Part shown: piece after piece, positions 18,578 through 27,417 of the stretch
How the letters are laid out: each line of letters begins with the position of its first letter
How positions within the stretch are numbered: the stretch's first letter is position 1
Virus record (IMG/VR): IMGVR_UViG_3300045391_006539
Length of the DNA: 64,000 nt
Source: a virus
Taxonomy: Duplodnaviria > Caudoviricetes
Direction: 5' to 3' (one strand)
Made by a program: the position numbers and the translations under genes
Notes under the pieces: model-generated
Database searches by the model: none
Seen by the model: only the letters and a program-made list of their open reading frames with translations
Told to the model about the DNA's origin: nothing

Positions 18578-19351
18578 ATGGACAAGCAGGCAAACCCGGT
18601 CGTCGCCGCCAAGCTCATCGCCGCCATGCTCGGCTCGGGCTTGATGATGGCCGACAGTGCCCATGTCCAGGAACTCCAGGAAGAAGCGGCGGTTCTCAAC
18701 GAGATGAGCCGCATGTACGAGGCGAGGAAGATGCAGCAGACCATCGACAGCCTGAGCACCCAGAAGTTCGCTTCGGCCGAGTGGCATGCCCTGCGCGCGG
18801 TGAAGGTGGCGGCCGCCGTCACGGCCGCCGGCGGGGACTTCGACAAGCTCGCGGCCCTGCTCGAGGCGGAGGGCATGGACAAGGAGGCGCTCGGCGCGCT
18901 CATCGGAGGTCTCGCCCGGCTCGGTGGGGCCGCTCTCAAAGGCCTCGGCGGGGGCGCCAAGGCGCTCGGCGCCGCCAAGCTCCCCTCACTCGGGGGCTCC
19001 GGCGTGGGCGCGTTCCAGAAGGCCTGGCAGGGCGCCGCGCCGGCAGCGCAGGCTACCCAGGGGTACCTGCAGCGCGCTGGCGGCTGGCTCCAGGGACACG
19101 GCGCCTCGCTCGCCGCCAAAGGTCAGGCCAGTGTTGCGGCCGCCGCGCCGGCAGCCGCTGCGAGCAAGCCGCTGCTCGGCATGGGAACCAAGGCCAAGCT
19201 CGTCGGCGCGGGTGCGCTCGCTGGTGCGGGCTACCTCGGATACAAGGGTCTGCAGGCGGGACGAGACTACATGCTGGCGCCGCCGCGGCACAGCATTTAC
19301 GGCACACCCGTCGCGAACAACATCAATCAATACGGAGTGCCGCAGTACTAG
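18578..19351 (+). CDS. K-x-A / Gly-Ala-rich protein
   Basis: DKQAN, QKFAS, VKVAA, DKLAA, DKEAL; amphipathic Gly-rich C-terminal half. Confidence 0.65.
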   Translation: MDKQANPVVAAKLIAAMLGSGLMMADSAHVQELQEEAAVLNEMSRMYEARKMQQTIDSLSTQKFASAEWHALRAVKVAAAVTAAGGDFDKLAALLEAEGMDKEALGALIGGLARLGGAALKGLGGGAKALGAAKLPSLGGSGVGAFQKAWQGAAPAAQATQGYLQRAGGWLQGHGASLAAKGQASVAAAAPAAAASKPLLGMGTKAKLVGAGALAGAGYLGYKGLQAGRDYMLAPPRHSIYGTPVANNINQYGVPQY

Positions 19352-19668
19352 CGGAGCCAGCTAGGGATGACATCGGCGTTCGGAGGCAGGTCTTTTGGAG
19401 GCCTTTCCTCGAGCGCCTCATCGTCCGCCGGTGACGACGTCGAGGCTCTGGAGGAGCTCGCTGACCTTGTCTTCGCCGAGGAGCTCTCGGGATTCGAGGA
19501 TGAGACGGCGGTACTCTTCCGGTTGAAATCCAAGGTCGCATTGTCGAGCAGAGTCTGCTCCATTGGCGACAGGGTCTCGAGAGTCTTGCTTCCGCTCATC
19601 AGTTCCTGCAGCAGTTCGCTCACCCCCGTCTCGTATTTGCTCGGGTCTCGAAGCAGGTCGTCGAACAT
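19348..19668 (-). CDS. Hypothetical protein (106 aa, MFDDLLRD...)
   Basis: Protein-like only from ATG 19668; convergent CTAG stop overlap with the upstream + gene. Confidence 0.45.
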   Translation of the reverse strand: MFDDLLRDPSKYETGVSELLQELMSGSKTLETLSPMEQTLLDNATLDFNRKSTAVSSSNPESSSAKTRSASSSRASTSSPADDEALEERPPKDLPPNADVIPSWLR

Positions 19669-20050
19669 AATCTCGGGGCTTCCAATGAGGTTGGAGAAGA
19701 GCCCCTGCGGACGCGAGGATGGCACGGAGTCGCTTCTTCGAGAGACCAGACTTGACCACGAAGGGAACGTGGGCGGGACTACTGGATGCAATTGCATCAA
19801 TGTAAGCAAGGCCGAGGCCTGTAGTTTCGGCGTCTGTGAGCTCGCGCTGAACTTTCTCGAACTCATTCTCTATCCACCTGCGATGCGTGTGTAGATGGCT
19901 CGCAACTATACCAGTGACCGTGCTGGTGACGCTCATGTACTCGTTGCCGCGCTGGGCCACGCGATGACTCAGAACGACGCAATACTTGCCCAGTAGACGC
20001 CAGAAGTAAGGCGTCATCTTGAGGGCTACCGTGGGAGCGTCTCTTCGCAT
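19418..20050 (-). CDS. Hypothetical protein
   Basis: N-terminal ~125 aa protein-like; 3' part overlaps the next gene. Confidence 0.45.
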   Translation of the reverse strand: MRRDAPTVALKMTPYFWRLLGKYCVVLSHRVAQRGNEYMSVTSTVTGIVASHLHTHRRWIENEFEKVQRELTDAETTGLGLAYIDAIASSSPAHVPFVVKSGLSKKRLRAILASAGALLQPHWKPRDYVRRPASRPEQIRDGGERTAAGTDERKQDSRDPVANGADSARQCDLGFQPEEYRRLILESRELLGEDKVSELLQSLDVVTGGR

Positions 20051-20107
20051 AGACCCAGTAGATTCTCTCGAATTTTCAGTGGACTATGAACTATGAAGGA
20101 TGCACAG

Positions 20108-20134
20108 TCAAAGGGCCTGCGTCGATAGGGAAAA
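20108..20134 (+). promoter_or_regulatory. Sigma28-like promoter TCAA-N15-AGGGAAAA
   Basis: Same spacing as eight other copies; one mismatch in ATAA. Confidence 0.55.
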
Positions 20135-20200
20135 AGAGTGTGGGCGCGAATCTCGCACTAGAGGCAGGTTGCCCCTGAGAGCGTCGCGATAGGAGAGACC

Positions 20201-20932
20201 ATGGCAAAACTAGAGACTGCCGACCAATTCATCGAACAAGTCAAGAACGGGAAATACGAGACCAAGGTCAACGCGCAGCGTGCTGCGGGGCGAACCCGTC
20301 TGTCAGATGGCGAGAAGAAGAAGGCTTTCGCCTTCCTCGACAAGCACTTTGGCGTAGATGCCGCGCCGGCGTCAACCACCCCCAAGACTTCCAAACGTCT
20401 CGCGAAGGTTTCACGCAAGAAGAAAGTCACACGCCCGAAGAAGACTACCCCGAGCGAGGTCGCGGTGACCGAGCCCGCGGCGGCAGCCGCGTCCAAGCCA
20501 GCCAAGACGGCCAAGAAGGTCGTGACCAAGACCCGCAAAGCGCCGGTCGAGGCGGCTCCCGAGGGAACGCTGCCCATCAGCCCGAGCGAGGTCAACTCGG
20601 TCGCCGACGTGCTCAAGCTCATCGACTCCACCGTGAGTCAGAGCGTGTCCATCGTTGGCGCTCTGCGCACGGCCAACGACCTGCACGAAGCGGGCGACAT
20701 CGCGACGGGCGTCAGTACCATCAAGCTGGCCCTGGTGGGTGCAGCCCAGCTCCTGCATCAGAACGTGGTGGCGCCGCTCAACAGGGCGGGGACTCAGGCC
20801 GATGCAGAAGTGGCACAGCGACTGCAGGAAGTCATCAACGCGAGCGTCGACGGACCCGCTCAGCAGAATGCATCCGTGCAGCACGCGGGTTACGTGCCAC
20901 CGCCACCCGCGTTCGAGTCTCAACTGTCCTGA
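20201..20932 (+). CDS. Lys/Ala-rich, histone-H1-like putative DNA-binding protein
   Basis: KTSKRLAKVSRKKKVTRPKK..ASKPAKTAKKVVTKTRK; SD AGGAG. Confidence 0.5.
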   Translation: MAKLETADQFIEQVKNGKYETKVNAQRAAGRTRLSDGEKKKAFAFLDKHFGVDAAPASTTPKTSKRLAKVSRKKKVTRPKKTTPSEVAVTEPAAAAASKPAKTAKKVVTKTRKAPVEAAPEGTLPISPSEVNSVADVLKLIDSTVSQSVSIVGALRTANDLHEAGDIATGVSTIKLALVGAAQLLHQNVVAPLNRAGTQADAEVAQRLQEVINASVDGPAQQNASVQHAGYVPPPPAFESQLS

Positions 20933-21369
20933 GCAGGTCGCCTCTTTCTCCACAGGATGCCGATGCTGTGAACGTCGTCCGTGACTTCGGGCTCTCCCAG
21001 CAGGCGTATGTCCCCACTCGTATGGATTGGAATCGACCAGCCTCGGCTTCCGTGGTGAGATTCTAAGACCACCGAGACTTCGCGCTCCTTCTGCTCGGCG
21101 AGGAGGAGCGCGTAGGCCCGGGTCTTTTGCACGAAGGCGTGCAGCGTCTCGGGCCAGCTCGTCTTGTTCGTGGGCAGGTCGAGCACGCACGCGCCGTTGA
21201 CGGGCAAGCCATCCTCTCCGAGGATGGTCTCGCTCGGCCAAGCGATGACGAATGGGTCTACCTGGCGTCGCTCTCGCCAGCTCTCATAGACGCTCTTGAG
21301 ACCGCGGGCGGCCTCTGCCTTGATATTGTCCCAGATGAAGCGTTCGCTCGTGTAGTATCGGTTGTCCAT
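20920..21369 (-). CDS. Hypothetical protein (MDNRYY...)
   Basis: Start re-called to ATG 21369 to avoid a long overlap with the divergent gene. Confidence 0.55.
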   Translation of the reverse strand: MDNRYYTSERFIWDNIKAEAARGLKSVYESWRERRQVDPFVIAWPSETILGEDGLPVNGACVLDLPTNKTSWPETLHAFVQKTRAYALLLAEQKEREVSVVLESHHGSRGWSIPIHTSGDIRLLGEPEVTDDVHSIGILWRKRRPAQDS

Positions 21370-21640
21370 GGCTGCTCGTGACAGCTTGGAGGGTCTACGC
21401 AAGGAGCTCAAGCTCCGTGAGTCGAGAATCGCTCGAGCCACGCATTCCCTACGGGTAGACGTGGGTCCACTGGAGGGTGATGGCTTCACCGTCACTGCGG
21501 TTTGGCCCCATGGGTCCTGGCAGCGACGCTTTTCGTACGCGGACTGTCATCAATTCGGGACCTTCCCGCCGCGTAAGAAGACAGGCTGTAGTCTCAGTCG
21601 AGACATCATTCAAGCCATCCACACCCAACGAGGCATATGA
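21368..21640 (+). CDS. Hypothetical protein
   Basis: ATG 21368; ends in ATGA overlap with the next gene. Confidence 0.5.
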   Translation: MAARDSLEGLRKELKLRESRIARATHSLRVDVGPLEGDGFTVTAVWPHGSWQRRFSYADCHQFGTFPPRKKTGCSLSRDIIQAIHTQRGI

Positions 21641-22143
21641 GCAGACCGACCAGCATGGAGCATGCGAAACCCATTGAGGAGTACCTGGCCGCCGGCGAGG
21701 AGGTCGTGCCACGCACTACTTGGTTCTATTTTGGCTACGACTGGCAATCACGCGAGAAGCAGGTCTTCCTGAACGAGCCGAGCGAGGACCTCCAGCGCTC
21801 TCTGGTGCAGGAAGGCAAGTGGCACCATCTCTACAAGCTGCAGGTCGAACTGCCCGTACCTGCGGAAGTCGATGAGCGTACGGAGATTCGCGTCTCGGAG
21901 ACCGCCGACCTGCGCGTCGAGGTCATGCTCGACGCAAAGGACTACGCCGAGAGTGAGCGGCTCTCCTATGCGTTCGCCCGCCGTCTGTATGGCATTACGC
22001 CGTATGTGATACCGGCGACGAGGACCATCAAACAGACGAACTACACCTGGAAGACGAACCTGGATGAGAAAGGCGAGGGTCCACACGTCTTCATCGTGGA
22101 GCGTGATGGGCAACGGCTCCGGGTTACAGTAGAGGAACTATGA
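21637..22143 (+). CDS. Hypothetical protein
   Basis: Translationally coupled ORF. Confidence 0.6.
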   Translation: MSRPTSMEHAKPIEEYLAAGEEVVPRTTWFYFGYDWQSREKQVFLNEPSEDLQRSLVQEGKWHHLYKLQVELPVPAEVDERTEIRVSETADLRVEVMLDAKDYAESERLSYAFARRLYGITPYVIPATRTIKQTNYTWKTNLDEKGEGPHVFIVERDGQRLRVTVEEL

Positions 22144-22862
22144 TTATCGGCATCCTCGGATTCGCTCAGACAGGCAAAGATACCATCGCCAATCTACTCG
22201 CCGAACATGGCGCCCAGAAGATTGGCTTTGCCGACGAGCTCAAGCGCATCACGATGCAGCTCTTCGGCTTCACTCCCGAGCAGATGTGGGGCACCAAAGA
22301 GCAGAAGGAAGCCCCGGATTTGCGATACCCGCGTCTCCATTCCATCACGTATTACAACGATGAGCCGGGCAGCGTCAGGGTCAAGTGCCTATGCTGCGGT
22401 CTCGAGAGTCCCAGTGACGACATCGATGTGGTCAACGCGACGTACGAGGCTCCGTGTTACCTCAACGGGCGCTACGCATTGAAGACCCTAGGTACCGAGG
22501 GCGCTCGTGCGTGCTGGGATGGTATCTGGGTGCAGAAGGCCGTCCAAAACGCTCGTGGGATAGAGCGCGGTCTTTGGTACGACGTGCGGCAGGGTTTCGG
22601 GACCTCGTTTCACGACCATGCGGCCCCAACGACGGCCGTCTTCATCGATTGCCGCTTCGAGAACGAGGTCGTGGGCATCCAGGCTGCGGGTGGTCGGGTC
22701 TACCGCATCAAACGACCGGGCTACGAGAAGCCCATGTTCGACCACCCGAGCGAGACGGAACAACTACGCATACCCGATGATAAGCTCCAGGGTGTGATTC
22801 ACAACGACGGCACACTGGAAGACCTGAAGGCGAAAGCCATCGGGCTCCTCTCGGAGAGGTGA
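22140..22862 (+). CDS. Deoxynucleoside monophosphate kinase (T4 gp1-like)
   Basis: IIGILGFAQTGKDT P-loop, FADELK, LKTLGTE..R, DCRFENE, HPSE. Confidence 0.88.
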   Translation: MIIGILGFAQTGKDTIANLLAEHGAQKIGFADELKRITMQLFGFTPEQMWGTKEQKEAPDLRYPRLHSITYYNDEPGSVRVKCLCCGLESPSDDIDVVNATYEAPCYLNGRYALKTLGTEGARACWDGIWVQKAVQNARGIERGLWYDVRQGFGTSFHDHAAPTTAVFIDCRFENEVVGIQAAGGRVYRIKRPGYEKPMFDHPSETEQLRIPDDKLQGVIHNDGTLEDLKAKAIGLLSER

Positions 22863-22865
22863 GGC

Positions 22866-23255
22866 ATGACGGCACGTACGTTCCAGCTCTCTCAGGAGGA
22901 ATACGAGTCGCTCATTGCGCTCGCACGCCAGGGCGCCCAGCTCTCGGGCAACCAGAGCCGTGTGCGCCAGCTCGAGGAATGGCTGAAGCTCATCGAAAAA
23001 CAGAATGGCGTGAGTCGAAGTGTGGTGACGGTCTTGTGGCAGGAGCTCGATGAGCCGCTACCTCCGGGCACGTTCTTCCCCACGACCTGGCCACCGACGC
23101 TCAAGCGCACCGTCGAGCTCATCGGTAGACTCGTCTCCCGCGCCGACATCGACGCGGTGCTCTCGGCGCATGCCAAGAACCCGACCAGCGTGATGTGTAC
23201 CAAAGACCCCAATGGAGTCGTGGGCCTCACGCCCATCGACCAATTCTTCGTTTAG
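22866..23255 (+). CDS. Hypothetical protein
   Basis: SD GAGGTG; high GC3. Confidence 0.6.
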   Translation: MTARTFQLSQEEYESLIALARQGAQLSGNQSRVRQLEEWLKLIEKQNGVSRSVVTVLWQELDEPLPPGTFFPTTWPPTLKRTVELIGRLVSRADIDAVLSAHAKNPTSVMCTKDPNGVVGLTPIDQFFV

Positions 23256-23258
23256 CGC

Positions 23259-23525
23259 ATGCCAACCATCGATGTGAGTCAGCTGCCGTCCTACGTCCTC
23301 CTGTTCGAAGACATCGAGGCGACGTGTACGGTCGATGGCTGGAAGAAGAAGTTCAAATTCGTCAACGGCATGAGGCTTCGGGTGGGTGACCCTTTGCCTC
23401 GCGGTGAAGACCCGAACTTTGATACATGCATGCGATGCAAGAGAAAGTCGATGCGAGTGACGAAGGTCCCGGAGGCCCCGTCCCCACTCCCGCCACGTGG
23501 CTTCTGGAGGGTTCCCACCGAATAG
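23259..23525 (+). CDS. Hypothetical small protein (CxxC)
   Basis: In operon; CMRC. Confidence 0.55.
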   Translation: MPTIDVSQLPSYVLLFEDIEATCTVDGWKKKFKFVNGMRLRVGDPLPRGEDPNFDTCMRCKRKSMRVTKVPEAPSPLPPRGFWRVPTE

Positions 23526-23548
23526 TCGTCGGCCCAGAGCCAGGACAG

Positions 23549-23878
23549 ATGACGGTGCACGGAGACTTCGGTCCCGTCGCCGTCGTGGAGGGACAAGTCA
23601 GTTGCCGTCCCATCGAGAGTGCCGCTCAGCGCTTTCGTGGGGTGGTCTACGACTTCGACCACCTCTGGTGGACGCACACCGGGATGATTCTGCTCTTGCA
23701 GGGGGTCATCTTGCCGAATCTCGTTGGCCCCGTGATGACCATCATCCGTGGTCAGCACAGCGAAGTCTGGCGCCCACGTCCCTGCGTGCGTGACGTGCGC
23801 TTCGTAGTTCAGATGGACAATCCAGAGGGTCTGTCCTGCGGCGACATCTTCCAGCTCGCCGTGGGTCTAGGCCTCTGA
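23549..23878 (+). CDS. Hypothetical protein
   Basis: ATG 23549 with AGGA upstream; GC3-rich codons. Confidence 0.45.
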   Translation: MTVHGDFGPVAVVEGQVSCRPIESAAQRFRGVVYDFDHLWWTHTGMILLLQGVILPNLVGPVMTIIRGQHSEVWRPRPCVRDVRFVVQMDNPEGLSCGDIFQLAVGLGL

Positions 23879-23909
23879 CTTCCCTTCTTGCTAGGATTGT
23901 ATATACGAT

Positions 23910-25208
23910 GTGTCGACAATTGAGAGGCCCATGGTCCGACGAACCGTGACGCAGGGCTCGAGCAAGGGCGTGGTGGAGCTCCCCAATCCCACCGGTGAGG
24001 TGTTCATCGCGCCAGGCGTCGGTGCCGAAGGCACGGCCAAGGCGCAGGGCTACCAGGCGGGCATCCACGCGCGGCGTGGGTCGTTGCCCAAGCAGGACCT
24101 GCCCCTCAACCCAGACCGGCCACTGGTGCCACACCTCTCGGGTGGACCCACCTCGGGCGGACGTCCCCAAACGATGGCCGAGTTCGCCGCCAGCGAGCGC
24201 GGACAGATACCCAGGGGACCCGCACCCGCCCCGGGCGGGAACTCCATCATCATGGAAGGTGCGCCCCGCCCCCAGGCGCCCCCCGCCGCGCCGCCGCGGC
24301 TGAAGCTCCTCCCCAACGACGTCCTGCCGACCCAGGCCAAGGACGACCCCGAGTACCGCCAGGGCTACGGGTCCGAGTTCGCTGCCAACCAGCCCAACCT
24401 GGCGGCCAAGTACGGGGTCATCCGGGGCGGTACCTTCATCCCGCCTCAGAAGCTCGTCGCCGACACGGGGCAAGCCAAGCTGCGACCTGACACCGTGGCG
24501 GGCCTGCAGGCGCTTCAGCAGCACCTGCAGCAGGGAAATGCACCCGAGCCTGCGCCTGATGCCGAGGACCTCGCGGCGGAGAAAGCCGTGGCAGAGGGCC
24601 TCGGTGGCTCGGCAGCGCGCATCGGGGGCGTCGACCCGGGTTCGGAGACCAAGCCGCGCGACAGCGACGACGAGCGCGCCAAGGCCCTCAAGCGCGCCAT
24701 CGACCAGATGGACGCCTTCGAGTTCAACCAGTGGCGCCAGCTCACCATGCGCCAGATTCTCCACTCCGAAGAGGAGCGCGAGACCATCGAGAAGCGTCTA
24801 CAGCCGCTCGACATCGGCGACATCCTGATGAAGGGGGTCATCCGCCAACGCATCCCCATCATCCCCGGTAAGTACGAGCTCACGCTGCAGTCCTACGAGG
24901 GTCAGGTCGAGCTCGCGCTCAAGCGCCTGGTCATGATGGAGAGTCGCAGCGTCGACGTCGGTGAGCAATACCTACTCGACAAGCACTCGTTCATGAGCAT
25001 CGCCGTCGGCCTGCACAAAATCAACGACACGGTCTACCCCGATGTCTTTGACGCCAATGGGGTCTTCGACGACAAGTTGTTCTTCACCAAATTCAACCGC
25101 GTGATGCGCTTGCCACTGCACATGCTCGCCAGTATCGGGGTCAACCTGATGTGGTTCGAAATGCGGGTGCGCAAGCTCTACTCGGCTACCGCACTGGGAA
25201 ATGGCTAG
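23910..25208 (+). CDS. Tail assembly chaperone-like protein with a long Pro-rich N-terminus
   Basis: Ends in an in-frame G-GGA-AAT slippery heptamer just before the stop; start 23910 or 23931. Confidence 0.6.
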   Translation: MSTIERPMVRRTVTQGSSKGVVELPNPTGEVFIAPGVGAEGTAKAQGYQAGIHARRGSLPKQDLPLNPDRPLVPHLSGGPTSGGRPQTMAEFAASERGQIPRGPAPAPGGNSIIMEGAPRPQAPPAAPPRLKLLPNDVLPTQAKDDPEYRQGYGSEFAANQPNLAAKYGVIRGGTFIPPQKLVADTGQAKLRPDTVAGLQALQQHLQQGNAPEPAPDAEDLAAEKAVAEGLGGSAARIGGVDPGSETKPRDSDDERAKALKRAIDQMDAFEFNQWRQLTMRQILHSEEERETIEKRLQPLDIGDILMKGVIRQRIPIIPGKYELTLQSYEGQVELALKRLVMMESRSVDVGEQYLLDKHSFMSIAVGLHKINDTVYPDVFDANGVFDDKLFFTKFNRVMRLPLHMLASIGVNLMWFEMRVRKLYSATALGNG

Positions 25209-25624
25209 GGACTCCCGAAGGCTGGTCACGAGCAAATCTCTTGCTCAAGACCCTGCGAGCGCCACCCGAACCCGGGACGCTTCGGGAGTCCATGCTGAAT
25301 CTGCTGCTCATGAAGCAAGAAGCCATCGAGCACGCACGGTTCAGAGCGCTCTCTCAGATAGTCATCGACAAGGACAAGGGCATCGAAGCATTTGAGGAGT
25401 ACATGAAGACGGCCTTCCCGTACTTGGAGGCCACGAAGAAGAAAGACCGCAAAGAGTCCATCGACAAGCTCCTCGCAGAGATTGGTAAAGGAGCCATCGC
25501 CATTCGTCCCATCGCCACCCCCACCATGCGCAGCCGTATCTCCGAGGCCAAACAGAAGCGCATCGCACCCCAGTCCAAAGAAGAAGAGCAGAAACTCTAC
25601 AAGCGCATCGGCCGTAGCATATGA
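25196..25624 (+). other. -1 programmed frameshift site G GGA AAT and extension frame (gpGT-like, ~571 aa fusion)
   Basis: Heptamer 25196-25202 in X-XXY-YYZ phase; -1 frame open to 25624 and protein-like from WLGTPEGW. Confidence 0.75.
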
Positions 25625-26016
25625 CCACCATTCTCGGACCCAGACAGACCACGGCAGAGGCCTACTTCTGTCCAAAGTGCCAGAGCCCAGTCGAGGTGCC
25701 CGTGACCCTGCTGGGCGTGCCTGGTGACGTGCGCTGCTCGTGTGGTTGGTACGGCATGCACACCGAGCTCGCCGTCTCCAAGTTCAAGCACGAGTTCGCG
25801 AGTGACGAGGAGATTGCAAACCGCATGTCGAGTGACCTGCGCAATCTCCTCGCCAAGACGGCGGGTTCGAGCTACGCGGCGTTCCTGCTCAAGTGGGGCT
25901 TTCTCGACCAGCCTGTCCAGCGAGCGCAGCTCGCCCGTTATCTGCAGGACATCGCCAAGGCCGTCGTTCCAGCCATCATCGAGACGCGCAAGAAGCTGGT
26001 CGAGGAAAAGTCATGA
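25621..26016 (+). CDS. Zn-ribbon protein
   Basis: CPKC..CSCGW. Confidence 0.6.
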   Translation: MTTILGPRQTTAEAYFCPKCQSPVEVPVTLLGVPGDVRCSCGWYGMHTELAVSKFKHEFASDEEIANRMSSDLRNLLAKTAGSSYAAFLLKWGFLDQPVQRAQLARYLQDIAKAVVPAIIETRKKLVEEKS

Positions 26017-26345
26017 TGGATGACCCTCTTCGAGACGAAGACGACGAGGCGCCTCGAGCCCCGGAGGTCAAACCCGACAGCAACGGACTTTTCTGTTTTC
26101 TGAATGGCGAGCGCGAATGCGGGGCAGACTGCATGGCCTACCTCACCGAGCCAAACAGCGAATCCCCGCATCTCGGTCTCCAACAGAAGAACTGCATACT
26201 GCTCGTGTCCGTCGAGCGCCTCGGAAGGTCTACTGCTGGCATCGCCAGTCTGGTCAACAAGGCCCAGCAGGCATCTGCTAAGGAGGCGGCTGACCGCATG
26301 CGACAGTCGCATCCCTCCCCTCCAGACCCACGAGGCACGAAATGA
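26013..26345 (+). CDS. Cys-containing hypothetical protein
   Basis: ATGA overlap start; CFL..RECGADCMAY..NC. Confidence 0.6.
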   Translation: MMDDPLRDEDDEAPRAPEVKPDSNGLFCFLNGERECGADCMAYLTEPNSESPHLGLQQKNCILLVSVERLGRSTAGIASLVNKAQQASAKEAADRMRQSHPSPPDPRGTK

Positions 26346-26947
26346 AGGCCACCATCACCTCCGTCGACCAGAACTACGTGCTGGCAACGAAGTCGGTACT
26401 CAACTTCCTCACGTTCGAGTTGCCGAGTGGTCGGCGCTTCCAAGTCCCCGTCGATGACGGGGTGGTCGAAGCCATCATTGGTGAATCGAATCAGTCGAAG
26501 GCGCACACGGACACCACTGGGTATCTACAACACGCGCCGGTCGAGCCCATACCATCCGTGAGCCGTCAGCTCGATTCTCTGTTCGAGGAGGCGCCACCCG
26601 CCAACGTCTCCATCGAGACGAGTGTGCAGCACGTCGAATGGGCGAGTCTACCAGATGCTCAACTGCCCCAGCAGGCCAAGAACGTCATGCAGGCGAGCGG
26701 TGTCGCCCCCGTCCTTCCACGTGAGGACTTCGAGCGGCTGCGAGAGCAAATCATGGCCAAGCTCTCGCAACGTCAGGAAGTCGGCAAGGTGGATTGGAGC
26801 TCGGGTGCTCGACGCGCGCCGACGCGAGTTGCTCGGCGCACGGTGCCACAAGACGAGTTCGGCAACCCCATCCCACCGGGTGGCGTCATCGAACCAGACC
26901 CCGGTGAGACCCGTGACGAGGACGATGATGGGGTCCAACAGGCATGA
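26342..26947 (+). CDS. Hypothetical protein
   Basis: ATGA-coupled. Confidence 0.6.
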   Translation: MKATITSVDQNYVLATKSVLNFLTFELPSGRRFQVPVDDGVVEAIIGESNQSKAHTDTTGYLQHAPVEPIPSVSRQLDSLFEEAPPANVSIETSVQHVEWASLPDAQLPQQAKNVMQASGVAPVLPREDFERLREQIMAKLSQRQEVGKVDWSSGARRAPTRVARRTVPQDEFGNPIPPGGVIEPDPGETRDEDDDGVQQA

Positions 26948-27417
26948 TTACCCTCGCCTGCCTCGAGTGCCGACTCGCGTTGCGCACGAGCAGCGAGAAG
27001 CACGACGAGGTCAACTTCCTCATCGGGATGTACTCGGAGTGGTACCCCGACCGCTATCCGTGCCCACGCAGCGAGTGCAAGGGGAAGATGACACTCACCG
27101 ACGCCATCGCCGCGGACGAGCTCGAATATCTCGAGATGCACGACGTCACGCCACAGGAGGCGTTTCAGGCGCTCCAGGGTATGGGTCTACCGAGTGAGAA
27201 AGCGTGCACGGTCGAGGGCGTACGGGCGGCATTTGCCCAGAGAGTCATCGAGCTCGATGTCGCTCCCGTACCGGGCACGCAGCGGGTGCTGCTGCGCTCG
27301 CTCAAGGTCGAGGATGGAACGCGCCTGTTCGTCGCCTCCAGCCCCTTCGGAGCCGTCGTCTACCGCATCGCCCCACCTCGTTCCGTGACCCGGGAGGTTC
27401 TCAGTGAGAATCTTTGA
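26944..27417 (+). CDS. Zn-ribbon hypothetical protein
   Basis: CLEC..CPRSEC; ATGA-coupled. Confidence 0.6.
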   Translation: MITLACLECRLALRTSSEKHDEVNFLIGMYSEWYPDRYPCPRSECKGKMTLTDAIAADELEYLEMHDVTPQEAFQALQGMGLPSEKACTVEGVRAAFAQRVIELDVAPVPGTQRVLLRSLKVEDGTRLFVASSPFGAVVYRIAPPRSVTREVLSENL

